64,000 bases of DNA, taken from Plasmodiophora brassicae (Eukaryota). The notes beneath the pieces were generated by a model. The model saw only the letters and a program-made list of their open reading frames with translations, did not search any database and had not been told where the DNA came from. The DNA lies in the NCBI GenBank assembly GCA_036867785.1, contig CP145411.1, positions 1,364,001 through 1,428,000 on the forward strand, given 5' to 3'. Both the position numbers and the translations under genes were made by a program. Positions 63,063 to 64,000 of the stretch are shown here, piece by piece (the stretch's first letter is position 1; each line of letters opens with the position of its first letter).

Positions 63063-64000
63063 ATGACGACAAGAGTGGCAATATTGGCAGCGACGGCACG
63101 GCAGTGGGTGGCGGCGCACGCCGTGCCGGTCATCGGAGTGCTGGCGCTGACCGCCGTCGCTACCTGTGTAACCATCGCCGTCGCCATCAACCACGGCAAG
63201 AGCGCGTCTCCGTCAGGGCATCCCGTGCCTCCCGTCCAGAACCAGCCGCCGTCGCTTCCGCCGACCTTCGCCGCACGCATCCTCCGGAACCCTGCTGTTC
63301 AAGCCGCTGCCGGTGGATTTCCTCTGCTTGCATTATCCGGTCTGAGCGAGTATGGCAACGTCCCTGTTCCGGCCGTTGAACGCTGGTTGAGCGTCACATG
63401 TGGTGGCAAATGCAAGGCGGCGTTGTTAGCGGCGGCTGTAACGATTGTCCCTGCAACGATTGGCGCCTATCGTTTCACGTCGCAGAGCTCACGACAAGAG
63501 AAACAGGAAACTCCTCATCCTCCAGCGCCGCAAGAAGCAAGTGATGCATTGGCTGCTCCGGTTTCAGCCCAACCTGTTGACCGACCGTGGCCCACCGGGA
63601 TCAAGAACCTCGGAGCGACCTGCTATTCGAACAGTATTATGCAGATGCTGAGTGGCATCGACCCCGTCGTCGACTACGTCCTGTCGATCAACGGGTCGGC
63701 GCTTTCCAAATTGCCGCCGACCATGCAGCAGGTCGTCGCGACGTTACAGGTGGTGATGTCGCACGTCACGAATCCGTCAGCGGAGGTCGTGTCCGCGGAA
63801 GATTCGCAGAGCATGTTCGGTGCCATGAAGAGCGCCGCCAAGGCGGGCGCATTCGCCCACTCTTTGAACGACGAGTTCGTGGATGAGATGGTCACTGAGC
63901 GCCAATGCGCACGCGAATACCTGATGATGTTTGTCAAACCGCTGCTCGGTGCGATCGAGGCGGGACCCCACTGGAACCGTGCCCTCCAGTTCTCGCTTAC
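63063..64000 (+). CDS. Ubiquitin-specific protease (C19) with hydrophobic N-terminus, truncated at window end (not in ORF track)
   Basis: Open frame from the ATG at 63063 to the window end containing GIKNLGATCYSNSIMQML (USP Cys box) and RQCAREYL (QQDAxEF-like). Confidence 0.85.
   Translation, partial: MTTRVAILAATARQWVAAHAVPVIGVLALTAVATCVTIAVAINHGKSASPSGHPVPPVQNQPPSLPPTFAARILRNPAVQAAAGGFPLLALSGLSEYGNVPVPAVERWLSVTCGGKCKAALLAAAVTIVPATIGAYRFTSQSSRQEKQETPHPPAPQEASDALAAPVSAQPVDRPWPTGIKNLGATCYSNSIMQMLSGIDPVVDYVLSINGSALSKLPPTMQQVVATLQVVMSHVTNPSAEVVSAEDSQSMFGAMKSAAKAGAFAHSLNDEFVDEMVTERQCAREYLMMFVKPLLGAIEAGPHWNRALQFSL

Overview
Gene-dense, GC-rich eukaryotic (protist) DNA with short (about 40-70 nt) GT-AG spliceosomal introns that carry CTGAC/CTAAC branch points, and very short intergenic gaps. 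By inference the style and gene content fit a rhizarian/phytomyxid such as Plasmodiophora, but this is not provable from the window. About 37 protein-coding loci were reconstructed by eye, so exon boundaries are approximate. They include WDHD1/Ctf4, a BIRC6-type E2, a serine carboxypeptidase, a PX-AGC kinase, Sec61-beta, TM9SF, Rheb with a 4-TM tail, POP5, a TTBK/CK1 kinase with AT-hooks, HSP20, XRN2, TTC12-like, SAYSvFN+SEC-C, a WH2-repeat CaaX protein, a C2H2 array, PGAP1, a hybrid Prx5-Grx, DCXR-like SDR, a chromodomain protein, a divergent EF-1A-like GTPase, a BRCT protein, PAF1, SLC19, PPase, AUH, Fe-ADH, GCN2 and a USP. There are also two identical tRNA-Ser(AGA) genes. No CRISPR array, prophage or intact transposon is evident. 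The most notable items are: a bacterial-type Prx5-glutaredoxin fusion that has gained three introns (HGT candidate); a highly divergent EF-1A paralog; a kinase with multiple AT-hooks; a prenylated WH2-repeat protein; a TM-anchored Rheb; tRNA-Ser genes with U73; and a hairpin-rich candidate ncRNA in a roughly 2.5 kb gene-poor island.
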